Shown here piece by piece: positions 43,216-56,966 of a stretch of DNA of 64,000 bases. The DNA is taken from contig OZ024742.1 in the NCBI GenBank assembly GCA_964016885.1, forward strand, positions 151,342,001 through 151,406,000. The letters run 5' to 3'. Source of the DNA: Eledone cirrhosa. Lineage: Eukaryota. A program made the position numbers and the translations under genes. Every line of letters begins with the position of its first letter. Within the stretch, counting starts at the first letter, position 1. The notes under the pieces were generated by a model. The model ran no database searches. It saw nothing but the letters and a program-made list of their open reading frames with translations, and was not told the origin of the DNA.

Positions 43216-43762
43216 TCGTAGCTCGCACAGTACACTAATTCCTGTTAAAGATCTCGTACATACATACATGCATACATATATGATGATGGCTGCCTCTTTG
43301 TTATCGAGTACGGCCATTGCACGATATAATTATCAATTAATTCTATCGTGCAATGTCTGTGCGTGAAGATTTTTAAAACTGAGGAAAGGCTGTGCATTGA
43401 GCCAATCCCACTCTCTGAGCGACAGTAGCTATAACCCGAAAAGAAGAAAAGATCAACATCATCGGTAACTACTGAGCTGCAGGTTTTATGTCGGAGTTAT
43501 CCCAGTTTCCTGAGTTGCCTTCTCCTAGGAGAATGCCCTGACAAAGGCTAGGGGCCCTTCACTCCCAGTGGTTTAACCGCGCAATCGGGTATCCAGCCCG
43601 ATTATTTCTATGTCCCCGCGCATACACATACATACATACACACATAAATACATACATACACATACAGAATACATACACACACATGTAGACACACACACAT
43701 CCACACATCCACACTCACATCCACACACACACACACACGCACACACGCGCACACACGCGCGC

Positions 43763-43855
<93 letters not shown>

Positions 43856-44023
43856 CACACACACACACGCACACATACAACCACATATATGTATCTGTAT
43901 ATACATGTCTATATACACAGCCACAAACACTATCATTTTCTACTGAATAACACATCAAAAACTAAGAAACAAATCAAAATATAGCTAATTTTTAAATGCA
44001 ATTTTTCTTTACATATTTGAAAG

Positions 44024-46084
44024 TTGAGAGAGCACATCAAGAGCGAAGTCATCAGACAGAAGTCCGGCGTGAAGCACGTAATCACGGAATATATGCGCAG
44101 CAATTTCAGATGGGCTGGACAGGTCGCCCGGTTCACCGATAACACCGTGCAGCATATCTTTTGTTCCCCGGTTCTAAGTATTATTTCCTGGTTTGTTATA
44201 TCCCATTATTATAAAAAAAACTATTATTTAATCAGAAGTTTGGGTTTGTGGTCAGGAGTTTGATATTTCGAAATTTTCATATTTTTCAAGAAAAAAGACA
44301 TTTAAAAAAAATTTATCAGTTCATATAATTAAATCAACAGAGTATATATTTATTTTATTACATAAGCTTATCAAAAGCAAACAAGTAAAAACAAATAACA
44401 CTTATAAAGCAACTTATACACGTCAGAAATGACTGGATTTCCTGGATTTGCGGTTGTAGTCCACCAGATATAGTCCCCCATAATTTTTTCATTGTAGTGG
44501 CCCTGGTACCTCCGCTCTATCTCTTTCACATCTTGGTGGAATCGTTCGCCTTGTTCTTCTGAGTAGACGCCCATATTGTCCTTGAATCTTTTCAGGTGAG
44601 CGTCCAGCATATGGTGTTTAAGCGACATCCTGCATTCCATGGCGCCAAAAGCCTTTATCAGATCCTGCACCAGTTGCTGGTAGTTTTCAGCTCTGTAGTT
44701 GCCCAGGAAGCCCTTAACAACTGCCTTGAAACTGTTCCATGCTGTTCTCTCAATCCTATTGGGCTTATTGGAGAACTCGGTAGATTCAAACACCTTCTTT
44801 ATCTGAGGTCCAACAAAAATTCCACCTTTGATTTTGGCCTCAGATAACTTGGGGAAGAACTCAAGAAGGTTCTTAAAAGCGGCTGATTCTTGATTAAGAG
44901 CCTTCACAAACTGCTTCATCAATCCCAACTTAATGTACAGTGGCGGCATGAGCACGATCCTGGGATCAACCAGTGGCTCCCACATGACGTTCCGGGTCCC
45001 AAACTAAATTTTGTTCGCTGCTCCCAATTCTTTCTTTTGTAGTGGTCAGAGGTGGCTCTGCTGTCCCAAAGGCAGAGGAAGCATTGGAATTTGATAAAGC
45101 CTCCTTGGAGTCCAAGCAGGAAAGCCACCATCTTGAAGTCTCCAATGATTTCCCAATTGTACTGGTTGTATTGCAAGGCTTCCAAGAGGACTTTCACACT
45201 GTAGTAATCTTCCTTCGGGCAAACTGAATGAGCTAGGGGCAGTGTCGGGAACTTGTTTCCAATGTGGAGGAGGACAGCCTTCAAACTTGTGGCGGAGCTG
45301 TCTATAAATAGCCGCCACTCCTTGGGCACAAACGGCACCCCAATAGCGTCAAACAGTCCAGGCACGTCATGGCAGAAGCAGAGGCCATCCCTAAGAGTGT
45401 AAAAGCCTGAGAAAGGTTCGTGTCGACTTCTCTTACTTGTCACCTGCACTTCCTCCTTGACCAAGTTCCACTGCTTCATCCTGGAGACGAATGCTTAAAA
45501 CACAACTTACCCTTTATTCAGGGTGCGAAAATCCAGTATCAATAAATCTTTTTAATCCACTTTTTAACAATACTTTATTGCACTTTTATAATTTTCTTTA
45601 GGTATTACTCTTTATTTTATAATTTTAATTTAACCTGAAACATATATAAAAAAATCATTTAACATAAGCAAATTAAACTTACATACAACGTAAAACCCAG
45701 CATACAAATAATTCTAGTGAATAGCTTAGAATTTTTACAAACCCAAACTTTTAACTGTTTAATAGCACTTCTTTTATTATTATTTTGGGACCTAAGCAAC
45801 ACAAAAAAAGTGATTACAAGATTACAGAGAACATTTTTTTTTTGTTACACGGTGTAATCGGTGGCCCCGCGCAGATGCCGAGTGGAACCCGCGCGAGCGG
45901 AACCCGCGCGAGCGGAAACGACCACACGGAAGGACTCCACGAAGGTGGAGTTACGATTTTAGGAATATGATTGGGACTACATGGATGAGGAAAGCACGAT
46001 CCAGAGAGGAATAGACGGCGTGCTGTGACCAGCAGCGCCGAATGGACGCCCGACAGACTGGTCGGTCAAGGTGATCAAGGTGAT
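44024..46084 (+). mobile_element. RTE-like LINE 3' end split by the Chapaev3 insertion (44024-44142 + 45855-46084)
   Basis: SEVIRQKSGV..FRWAGQVARFTD|NRWPRADAEWNPRERKRPHGRTPRRW reads through across the insertion; short tandem tail CAAGGTGAT x2. Confidence 0.85.
44143..45854 (-). mobile_element. Chapaev3-type (CMC) DNA transposon, internally deleted, with intact termini and TAA TSD
   Basis: Termini CACCGTG...CACGGTG; TAA at 44140-44142 and 45855-45857. Transposase motifs WRLFIDSS..SLKAVLLH.GN, GDFKM, PPLYIKLGLMKQFVKAL, SEEQGERFHQD. Confidence 0.85.
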
Positions 46085-46274
46085 ATTTGAAAGTAAAAGG
46101 GAGTTAAGAATAGAATTACACACTTCATAACAAATAATGTAAGGGGGATAATTGACAACCAGAGTAGCCTCCCTTAAGTAACAACCTGAAAGTTATGATT
46201 TCTCATAAGATGAAATATTTTTAGAATCAATAAAGAAATAATGAATAAATAATAATAAAAATATCGAATAAAGA

Positions 46275-46351
<77 letters not shown>

Positions 46352-46399
46352 GTTTCTATCTACCTCTATGCAAGTCTATACATCTGTGTGTCTGTAGCG

Positions 46400-47145
46400 A
46401 GTTGTTGAATTGGCAGTATCGGTAGAGGGTTAGACGACATCCTTTCTAGCATAGTTACGTCTCTTTACGGTCTGAGTTCAAATCCCGTCGAGGTTAACTT
46501 TGCCTTTCATCCTTACAGGGTCGATAAAATAAAGTACCAGTAATGTTCTGGTTTATTGCTGATCTTGTGCCAAAAGTAGAAACGATTATTTTCAGTATCG
46601 GTAGAAGGTCGGACGCCAACAAAGAGTTACGTCCCTTTGCGAACTGAGTTCAAATCCCGTCGAGGTTAACTTTGCCTTTCATCCTTACAGGGTCGATAAA
46701 ATAAAGTACCAGTAATGTTCTGGGTTATTGCTGGCCTTGTGCCAAAAGTAGAAACGATTATTTTCACTATCGGTAGAATGTCGGACGCCAACAAAGAGTT
46801 ACGTCCCTTTGCGAACTTAGTTCAAATCCCGTCGAGGTTAACTTTGCCTTTCATCCTTACAGGGTCGATAAAATAAAGTACCAGTAATGTTCTGGATTAT
46901 TGCTGGCCTTGTGTCAAAAGTAGAAACAATTATTTTGTCACAGAATAATAACTTGTGGCGGTAGATTGGAAGTATCGGTAGAGCGTCAGAGACCATGCTT
47001 TGCAGCATAGAGTTATAGCCCTTTACGTTCTGAGTTCAAATCCCGACAAAGGTAACTTTGCCTTTCATCCTTACGGGGTTGATAAAAATTAAGTACCAGT
47101 ATCGCACTGGGGTAATTGCTTGTGCCAAAAGTAGAAACAATTATT
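46400..47145 (+). mobile_element. Head-to-tail array of four SINE-1 copies
   Basis: Units start near 46405, 46593, 46765 and 46955; the first three share private variants (CCCGTCGAGG, TACAGGG, AATGTTCTGG). Confidence 0.88.
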
Positions 47146-47796
47146 CTGTCACAGATTCTTCGCCGCTCTCTGGAAAGACAAGCTGAAGCTAACGATTCCC
47201 CCATCAACCTCCACCAACCTCCACCAACCCCCCACTAACAGCAACAACAACGATAACAAGAGCAGCAACAGCAACAACAATAACAGTAGCAATCACTCCC
47301 ACCCATCATCGGAAAAATCATCTATATGATTATGAAGTGTATGAAGGAATTATTTAATCACTGGAGAGGAAGTTGATTGGCAGAGTCGATAGAGCATCGC
47401 ACAAATGCTTAGCAGTATTTGGTTTGGCTCTTTACGTTCTAAATACTGGGGTAGTATAATTGTCACATATTGCTGGCCTTGTGTAATTGAGATTACACAA
47501 GGTGTTCTCCCCACCCCCACCCACTAACCACCTCCCTGTTTACTGCTATCGGGGCAGAGCTGGTCACCCGCAGGAACGGGCCGTGCAAGTTGGAATGGCT
47601 ATTCCAATGCATCTCCTCGCCATCCTATGGGGGCAACGCTTGCTCCATCCTGTCCGCTTGGACCACAAGGCGGCCTCCAAATGAGCTCTTACACACCAGA
47701 GTATGCTCCCCCACACCGCCGGTGCATGCATCACTGTGGTAGCGATGTTAGGTGTTCTTCTCAAGAAAAATATCTCATTGCACAAAAGAAATTGGC

Positions 47797-48172
47797 TGTA
47801 AATTGGCAGTATCAGTAGAGCGTCGGACACCATGCTTTGCAACATAGAGTTATGGTCCTTTACGTTCTGAGTTCAAATCCCACCGAGGTTAACTTATGGG
47901 GTCGATAAAATAAAGCACCAGTAATACACTGGGGTTATTGCTGGCCTTGTGCCAAAAGTAGAAACAATTATTATATTGGCGGTGGATTGGCAGTATCGGT
48001 AGAGGGTTGGACAACATGCTTTGTGTTATAGTTCAAATCCTGTCGAAGTTAGCGTTGCCTTTCATCCTTACAGAGTCGATAAAATAAAGTACCAGTAATG
48101 AGCTGGTGTCGATTTAATCGATTTTCTCCTCCCGCCAAAATTGGCCTTGTGCCTAAATCAGAAATCATTATT
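47797..48172 (+). mobile_element. Two SINE-1 copies
   Basis: Heads at ~47800 and ~47978. Confidence 0.85.
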
Positions 48173-48194
48173 TATATATATATATATATATTTT

Positions 48195-48413
48195 TTTTTA
48201 ACGATCGACTTTCGTCAAATCGGACCGAGGAAACAATGTTTCCGTTAGTCTTTTCAATTGCTAATACTATCTATCGGTCGCAACTCCAGGTAGAAGGAAC
48301 AATGTGAAATAAAGTGTCTTGCTCAAGGACATAACGCATCGCCTGGTTCAGGAATCGAACTCACAACCTTACGATTGCGAATCCAATACTCTAACCAATC
48401 AGCCACACGCCTT
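48195..48413 (-). mobile_element. tRNA-derived SINE with CORE-like domain
   Basis: Reverse complement: GGCGTGTGGCTGATTGGTTAGAG..GAGTTCGATTCC..GTCCTTGAGCAAGACACTTTA. Confidence 0.7.
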
Positions 48414-48525
48414 TATTTATATACCGGTATATAAATAGGATGGCGAGAGAGATGCATTGGAATAGCCATTCCAACTTGCACGGCCCGTTCCTGAGGGTGG
48501 CCAGCTCTGCCCCGATAGCAGTAAA

Positions 48526-48912
48526 GGGCGGTGAATTGGCAGTATCGGTAGAGGGTCGGACATGCTTTCCAGCATAGTTACGTCCCTTTACGATCTGAGT
48601 TCAAATCCGGCCGAGGTTAACTTTGCCTTTCATCCTTACGGGGTCAATAAAATAAAGTACCAGTAATGTATTGGGTATTTGCTGGCCTTGTGCCTAAAAT
48701 AGAAAACAAATTATTTATATACAGGGTGGTGGATTAGCAGTATCGGTAGAGGGTCGACGCCATGGTTTGCAGCACAGTTACGTCCCTTTACGGACTAAGT
48801 TCAAATCCCGCCGAGGTTAACTTTGCCTTCATCCTTACGGGGTCGATAAAATAAAGTACCTGTAATGTACTGGGTAATTTGCTGGCCTTGTGCCAAATGT
48901 AGAAACAATTAT
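48526..48912 (+). mobile_element. Two SINE-1 copies
   Basis: Near-consensus copies starting at ~48526 and ~48724. Confidence 0.88.
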
Positions 48913-49740
48913 TTATATACAGGTTTTATTTTGAAGGCTAGTAAACAACGTTTCAGAAAAGAAAAGGCTTCTCGGGTCCTTCCCGTTTGTCTTTTTCTGA
49001 AGATTCATTGTCACATGCAGTGTCATATACAGTGTGTGACAAGCTTGACCATTTGAATTACAGATACAGCTCATTTTTGCTTTATTCAAGGACACAACCT
49101 GACACTGGGAATCGAACTCACAACATTACGATAATCAGCTAGAAATATATATATTGAAATTTCATGTAGTCAGAAAGCCTTAGATTTGGTAGAAGGGATA
49201 AATTTGATTTTATCCCTTCTACCTAATTTGATTTTATTGACAGAATTATTTGATTTTTTGAAGGCGTATGGCTTAGTAGTAACGGTGTTCGGCTCGATTC
49301 CCGGCGGTGTTGTGAATCCTTGAATGTATCCTCAAACCGAAAACCTTTCCCTTTTATTTGAGGGCCTCTTGCATAGGAGGAATATATCCACAAACTGAAG
49401 ACTTTGTCTAAATCCCTTCAAGAGAGCTGATTGCGATAAAAGTATTCCCGAGTTAGGTGGTGATGTTAAACCGGGTGACAGAATAAATCTATTATGAGAG
49501 AGTAACAACAGGATTTGAACTCAGAAGAAGACAAAGAGCTGAAAGTTATGTTAAACTGGCTCGGATTTAAAATCAAAACGCAAGTAGCTAGAAGAAATAC
49601 CGCAATACTTACCGGGAAAAGGAGTAAAAAAAACAACAAATATATTATCATTTACTTAAATGTTTCTGCAAATATATACCTTCCGGCTTGTCTGCCTGCT
49701 CGATTGTCTGTCTACCTATTCCTTCATGTTTGGATATATG

Positions 49741-49771
<31 letters not shown>

Positions 49772-50156
49772 ACACACACACACATATACACACACATACA
49801 CACACACACACATACACACACACATACATACACACGTACACACAAACACACACACGAGCGCTGTTTATAAATCATAGTTTTGGCTCTGATCTAACAGAAT
49901 CACAGTAACATGGGGTGTAAATGAATATATACACATACACCAGATCCGAACAAAAGGAACCAAATTCCCAATGTTTGAAAATGTAGGAATCTCACACGCA
50001 GAAAATAACTGTATCAGTTGTATATCTGCGTGGTTGGTCATGAACGCTAATGGTATCTTGTATGTATGTATGTATGTATGTATGTATGTATGTATGTATG
50101 TATGTATGTATGTATGGATGTATGTATGTATGTATGTATGTATGTATGTATGTATG

Positions 50157-53100
50157 TCTCTTTCTCTTAATTTCGAGTATATTTTTTTTGACCGGCCACC
50201 TTCCTGGTGGCAAGGTTGTAAAAGAAAAGAAATTGTCATCCCTTGAATCGCAAGAATGTTTTGCAAATTTTGAAGGTGCCAGCTATCGCAGCCATTTGTA
50301 GACTATGAATTAGGGAGCTGCGCTTTTTGTCCGCAAATCCAAGTTCAGTCAAACTTTGGTCCAAGCGGGTTGGTATATAACCCGTAGCTCCAATAATGAT
50401 GGGTATGAAGCTAAAGGTGTATCTTGGATACTGGATTTGTAAGCTCCTCATCAATGGTCCGTCGATGTCCTCCTCCTCCTCCTGTATTTTTCTGACAACG
50501 TTTACATCAAGTGGGCAGCTGATCTCCACAACAGAACACGTTTTCAATGTGTGGTCCCAAACTACAATATCAGGCCGGTTGTGCTTTAATTTGGTGGCTG
50601 TTTTTATTTTCAGGTTCCACCAGTATTCCTTAGTGCCATCTGTCTCAATATATTCTTCCTCGTTTGTTGTTAATCTTGTTTTCCGAAGTGCGTTCCAGAT
50701 GGTTCTAGCTATCCCATCGTGTCTCATGGGGAGGTAGGAGCGAGATGACATTCTTTCGCAGCTGGCAACAATGTGGCTTACATCCTCGATCTTTGTTTTA
50801 CATAGCCTACATTTATTGTCAGCTGCTGGCCCTCCTCTTTTGTGCAGCAGATATTTGGTAGGGAGTTCTTGTTCCTGTATTGCATAGAGATATCCCTCAA
50901 GGTGTGATGTCATAAACTTGTCGGAACTCCATGCCAGGCTTTTTGAGTGGTTTATCCCTCTATGGTCTGTATTTTACGCCTCAAGCATCCATGCACAACT
51001 TTTTCTGTAAATTGGTCAATTTTTTTATCTTGTTTGAACATTGAATAGGACCTTCCGATTTCTCTGGGTGAGAGATTTATATCAGGCTTTATTCCATATC
51101 TCTCCTCCAGATCAGTCGCTATTCTAATGATATTTTTTTTTTCATGCTCATAAACCTGGGCAAGATGGTTGTCAACCATTTTCCTCTGTTGAAGGTGTTG
51201 CTTCAGTGTTACTATCCGGGTCTCATATGTTGTTAATATTGATTTTAGACCCCGGCCACCTTCCTTCCGTGAGAAATATAGCCTATCAACATCACCATTG
51301 ATGTTAAAGTTCCCAGTAACACTGAGAAGATTTCGAGTTCTAACATCCATCTCACTTAGTTCTTGCAATGACCAGTTCAGCAGGCCAAATGTTGGCGTTA
51401 GAATTGGCACAGCATAAGTATTGTGGGCAATGTATTTGTTGTATGCAGACAGTTCTGATGACCATATTTTCTTTACTCTTCTGAGGTATTCAGTTCTGGT
51501 TCTCTCCTTATTTATGGGTCCATCATATCTGACATTCTCATCCTGTCCAAGATATCTGTAGTTGTCACCTAACTGCAGAGGTTGTATTGTCAGGCCGTTC
51601 ATCTCTAGATTTCTAGAGGAGGGCACAGCTCTTCCACGTTTTATTGCCAAATATGCACACTTGGACTCACCAAATTTCATTTTGATGTCGGTTGAAAATT
51701 GTGTAATGAGGTACAATTGTTTCTTGATGTCATTGATATTTGGCCCATACAACTTCAGGTCATCAACAAAGAAAAGATGAGAGATACTTCTGGGCCCACT
51801 TCTTCGTCCACCCTGTTTCCTGAGTAGGTAAGATAGTGGATTCAGTGAGAGAACGAAGAGTAGCACTGACAAGCTATCACCCTGAAAGATGCCCTTCTGG
51901 CAATGTATCTTATCAGTCTTAACTTGTTCCTTCTCACCTCTAAGGATCAAATTGGTGTACCAGTTCTTGGTCAGGCGTTCAACAGCAGCTACCAATGGTT
52001 GTGGGACTTTAGCTAACTGTAAATCCTTAACAATCCACCCATGAGGTACACTATCAAATGCTTTTTGATAGTCCAGCCACACCACAGTCATGTTTCTGCG
52101 ATTCTTTGTTGTTTTTTCCTGAATCATTTTGTTAGTTAGTAGGTGATCTATGCAACCCCACACCTCCCTCTTTCCACCAGCTTGCTCAGGTGTTATGATG
52201 TTGTTGGTAGCACAGTGATCCTGTAAGAACAGGTTAAGGCACCCAGTATATAATTTATACATGATGTTTTGGCAGGCTATTGGGCGGTAATTTTTAGCAA
52301 GGGTGGTTTGGCTATTTTGGGGAATGAGGAGAGTAGTGGCAATTGATAACCATCTGGGCAGTTCTTGTGTGCCTTTAATGGTTTCTGTAAACAGCCGTAT
52401 GAGATCTTGCCGATAGAAAGTGAAATTCTTCAACCAGTATCCTGTAATGAGGTCTGGGCCTGGCGATTTCCTATTCGACATTTTCTGTAGAGCTGTTTCC
52501 AGTATTGACCCATCTATGTCATAGTGTTTTATCTGGACATGTTGGCAGTAGTCCTGTTCCAGTTCTTTTAGCCAATTAGCTTGTCTGTTGAATCCGTCAT
52601 CCGTTTCCCATACAGATCTCCAGTAGCTCTCAACCTGTTCTTTTGAAGGGGTATCGTTTACAGGGATTGAGCTTTTGCCACCGAAGCTGCGATAAACTGA
52701 TTTAGGATCTCTGGTAAACAATCTATTTAGCACTTGTCGTTTATGTGCTGTTGACTTATATTTTAGTCTTTCTGTTGTAGCTGTGAGTTGTTGTTTCAAC
52801 TGGTGTAATTTGGAGTTCAAAGTTTTAAATTTTGTATCTCCAAATCCTCTCTCTAACTTTTTCTTTAGGTCTTCCTGGTGTCGTGTGAAGTTGCTCTCTA
52901 TGTTGCATTTCATAACGACTGCGATGTGTGAGATATACTTCGTCTCAGGGACACAATTTTGGTTTTTAAATTTCGCATCCACGCTGGTTCAGGCTTTCTG
53001 TTTGTATCTTGATTGCGTGGTTTTAGATGTGTGTTATATGATAGCAATGTGACAGCTGAAACATATAACAAAACATTAAGCGTTTCAAATGTCGTTTCTA

Positions 53101-54358
53101 CACCTTTAGATCGTATAGCCTTCAGATAATTGCCAGCTATTTCGTTCACCGCTTCCAATTCCAATTTAGTGGGTTCTTTACTGATTCTGGTGTTGTATGG
53201 TCTGTCACTCACATTAAGGCTGTGTATCTCTTGAAACATATCGTTCCATATCACTTGTAGGGTGTCCACAAGTTTTTGGTGCTCTGTTTGTTCAGTAGAG
53301 ACATGAATTTCAGCCTCGTTGTTGATGTGGTGACAATTACTACTAGAGTTAGCTGACCTTTCTCGCTGTTCTTCAGTGGAAGTGGGATGAATTTCAGCAA
53401 AATTGTTGGTGAGCTGTTCACTGTTAGATTTAGCTGGCCATTCTCTTTGTCTGTCAGTGGAGGTGGGGTGGTTGTCTACAAGGGATGTATTTGTAGTATC
53501 ACTCAATTCCGTTAGATGTATCAATTTACATCTAATGATACGTTTTGCCTGTTCATTTAAATGCTTTGGAGAAAAGTCTAATTCTGGGTGTTTGGAGTTC
53601 CATAAAGTTTTTAGCCTTTGCATAAAACCGAACTTTTGGGGTTCAGATTGTTTGTATGCTTCATACAATACTTTGTTAAGCTCGTAGCTCCACTGTATAC
53701 AACGGTTGTAGTTGCGATTTGGTCGAAGGAGACTTGTACTTTTTGCCATGATGAGTTCGTCTATTCACTAATATTTATTTTTCAAAATAGTCGATGATCT
53801 TCTTTAAAAGTTTCGACAAAGTTCTGTCAGAATCTAATTTAAAGTTATTCACAGCTTGGGTAATATTTCTTTTCAGTTAGTTTTTAATTCTACAACTGTG
53901 TTTTAAACGTTGTTCTTGAATCGTTTGAATCGAGAACAAAAAGAACCGTTACTTAGTATATTTCTTTATGAATGTAATATAATATAACAACGCTGTATTT
54001 ATATGTTAAAGTTTATGTATCATTCATATAAACAGGTGTTCTACAACTTATTCACAATTCAAACACTTATGTTTTTGCTTCTGAATCGAAAACGTTACTT
54101 GTATATTTCTTTATAAATGTAATATAACAACGTTGCATTTATATGTTAAAGTATATGTATCATAAGTGTATGTATCGTTCATATAAATAGGTGTTTTACA
54201 ACACGCTTACAGTTCAGACACTTAATTAGAATTATTGTATGTAATCTTACCGCGTAATGTAGCTCAACTTTTTCCAATATATGGTATGTTGCATCCATGT
54301 AAGCCGTAATTACACACGTCAGATTATCGGACACTGACCACAACGGTCGCTATTGGTT
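50157..54358 (-). mobile_element. Near full-length R4/Dong-like RLE non-LTR retrotransposon inserted in a (TATG)n tract
   Basis: Three collinear ORF pieces; (TATG)n on both flanks; ~600-nt 5' UTR with internal ~115-bp duplication. Confidence 0.88.
50236..53749 (-). pseudogene. RT + CCHC + restriction-like endonuclease ORF with frameshifts
   Basis: KSPGPD; YRPIAC; WLDYQKAFDSVPH; GIFQGDSLS; FFVDDLKLY; CRLC..HIVASC; RHD; NRPDIVV..EISCP. Confidence 0.92.
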
Positions 54359-54380
54359 GGTATGTATGTACGTATATACA

Positions 54381-54446
<66 letters not shown>

Positions 54447-54929
54447 TGTATATATATATTTAACGAAGGGTTAAAAATGAAAAGTTAGATGGTTATATGT
54501 GGTTATTTAGATGTGATAATAACAAAATTGTTAAATGTAATAACAAAATTGTTAAATGTAATAACAAAATTGTTAGAGGAAATAACATGAACAATAATTG
54601 TAAATGTATAATAGGAATATAAAGAATATAAGAATAAATGAATAAATGATTTGGTTATTTATAGTTTACTTCACGTGAATCAATTAAAAACTACATATAA
54701 AACAGTTACCAAGAGTTGTTAACGTTGTTATTGTTTCTGATGTGAGGCTGTTGTAGTCTGTTGTTGTTGTTGGTGTGAAAGCAGCGAGCGACAGATAATT
54801 GTTGTTGTTGTTGGAATTTGGAGACCGTGGTAGTAGTTGTGAGATCGTGTTAGTAAGAGAGAGAGAGAGATATGGTTTGTATATCTCTGAATGGTCTGTA
54901 GTAACTGTGAACTACCGTGGCCTGCAGAC

Positions 54930-55232
54930 AGCGGTGAATCTTCCACATTTGTGTTTTGTAGTAGTAGGGTTCCAATCACTCTGGGTGTATTTGTAGACCT
55001 CATGGGGTCTGTTGAATAGTGGTGAATCTTTACATAGCTTGTTCTGTAGTGGGGTGCTCCGATGTCTCTGTGTTTCTGTAGACCCCAAAGGCCTGAAGGT
55101 AGCGGTGAATCTTTACATAGTTAGTTGTGTATCCTAGCGCTTCGATATCTCTGTGTCTGTAGACCCTTTGGGTCTATTGATAGCAGTAAATCCTTACATA
55201 GCTTGTTATAGGTGTAATGCTCCGATGTATCT
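54930..55232. repeat. Degenerate ~80-88-bp tandem repeat (about 4 units)
   Basis: GGTGAATCTT.ACAT...TGTAGACC recurs at ~54932, 55021, 55104 and 55185. Confidence 0.6.
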
Positions 55233-55391
55233 CATTGAGTGGGATAATAGCACAGGCCCTATATAACTATCGCTTCCTGTCCTCCACCTTGAGGGGATAG
55301 CCAACGCATCAACCTGTTAACACAATAAATCTGGTGACCTAGAATTTGATCTTTAGGTATCACCCAAAGTACAAGGCGCGGACAGATTTCG

Positions 55392-55484
<93 letters not shown>

Positions 55485-55499
55485 CATATATGAGAGTCC

Positions 55500-55600
55500 C
55501 GGGTTCAAACGGGGGTAACCACAGTATGTAAGGTACTCAATACATAGTAGAGTATATACATGATTTCCTGCGAATGAAGCAGATCTAGTCCTGTAGAAGC

Positions 55601-55632
<32 letters not shown>

Positions 55633-56050
55633 AATATTAAAACAATGAAATTAAACAAAAAACGGTTATTTCATAGTAAAACTCATTATTTTACGATCGT
55701 TTCTGTGGGGTAGCACCCTGTATGTCCATTCAATTATTGATCTATATAAAATATATTACAAAATATAGTAAGAAAAAATACATACGTCTTCACTACCTGC
55801 CGTCTTCAGAAATAATTATTTCTGAAGACGGCAGGTAGTGAAGACGTATCGTAAAATAATGAGTTTTACTATGAATTAACCGTTTTTTGTTTAATTTCAT
55901 TGTTTTAATATTACTATTTTTGACTGTGTATCCAATGAATTATATCGTTGAAAATTTTGTATTTTAAACTTTGCTTCATGACATCTTCTACATACGGATT
56001 ACATTGAGTTCTTCATACAGTTTAGACCCTACCATTGATTGGTAGATTTA

Positions 56051-56092
<42 letters not shown>

Positions 56093-56144
56093 CTCTGCTA
56101 TGTATTGAGTACCTTACTTACTGTAGTTACCCCCGATTGGACCC

Positions 56145-56146
<2 letters not shown>
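55500..56146. mobile_element. Nested fold-back elements: outer arms 55500-55556 / 56089-56145, inner element ~55633-56050
   Basis: The outer arms are complementary; the inner palindrome is centred at ~55815 and carries a hammerhead. Confidence 0.75.
55685..55816 (-). ncRNA. Type I hammerhead ribozyme with ~100-nt domain II
   Basis: Reverse complement: ATTATTT-CTGAAGA-(long insert)-GAAA-CGATCG-TA-AAATAAT. The plus arm has lost domain II and GAAA by deletion. Confidence 0.7.
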
Positions 56147-56208
<62 letters not shown>

Positions 56209-56212
56209 GAGA

Positions 56213-56575
56213 GATTTAAAAGAGTCGAAGTCAATGTTACAGCATATGTACAAACTTTATTTGCATATTACATTACAATTGTTTCGATATCGATCAGCTC
56301 AAGGCACAATCAAGATACTTATAAGCTGGCATATCTGATAAGATGTTGAAGAAGAGTCGCGTCCCATCACCTTGATTGTCGCCTGAGCTGATCGATATTG
56401 AAACAATTGTAATATACAAATAAAGTTTGTCCATATGCTGCAACACTGACTTTTACTCTGTTAAATATATTTACACTCTGCACACTACAGCCGTAACGCT
56501 GGTATACAGGTCAAACGGAAATACCTCGTAACAGCATGGAGTGCTTCGAACGGCACGCCGCCTATAACTGTTGTT
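56213..56575. mobile_element. Fold-back element with degenerate hammerhead at 56331-56415 (+)
   Basis: Arms ~56214-56314 / ~56370-56466; ATAT-CTGATAA-GATGTTGA...TCGATATT-GAAA-CAATTG-TA-ATAT. Confidence 0.7.
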
Positions 56576-56586
56576 ACACACGCACG

Positions 56587-56687
<101 letters not shown>

Positions 56688-56873
56688 TATAGTTTATTGG
56701 TGTGTAACGTATAGTTACTCTCGGTTCACCAGTTTGAGCACTCAATGCCAATATTGATTCGGTTGCCGATGTGGTATTCTACGTTGGTACTAAACCATAC
56801 TCTGTATCCTTAAGAAGCAGAGTATTAATAAGGAACAAGAACGAAGTATTAATATAGCATCATTATGGTTATT

Positions 56874-56966
56874 CACATATGACTGGTGTTTCGCGATTGA
56901 TTAGCTCAAGTTACGATCGGTTTTGATCGCGCCAGACTCTGGAATCAATAGCTCATCAGACTTGTG
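56874..56966 (-). ncRNA. Type I hammerhead ribozyme
   Basis: Reverse complement: CACAAGT-CTGATGA-GCTATTGATT...AATCAATCGC-GAAA-CACCAG-TC-ATATGTG. Confidence 0.72.

Larger units (their letters stand above)
47539..48525. repeat. ~90-bp GC-rich inverted repeat pair (47539-47628 / 48435-48525) enclosing SINEs
   Basis: TTTACTGCTATCGGGGCAGAGCTGG...GCCATCCTAT and its reverse complement. Confidence 0.85.
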
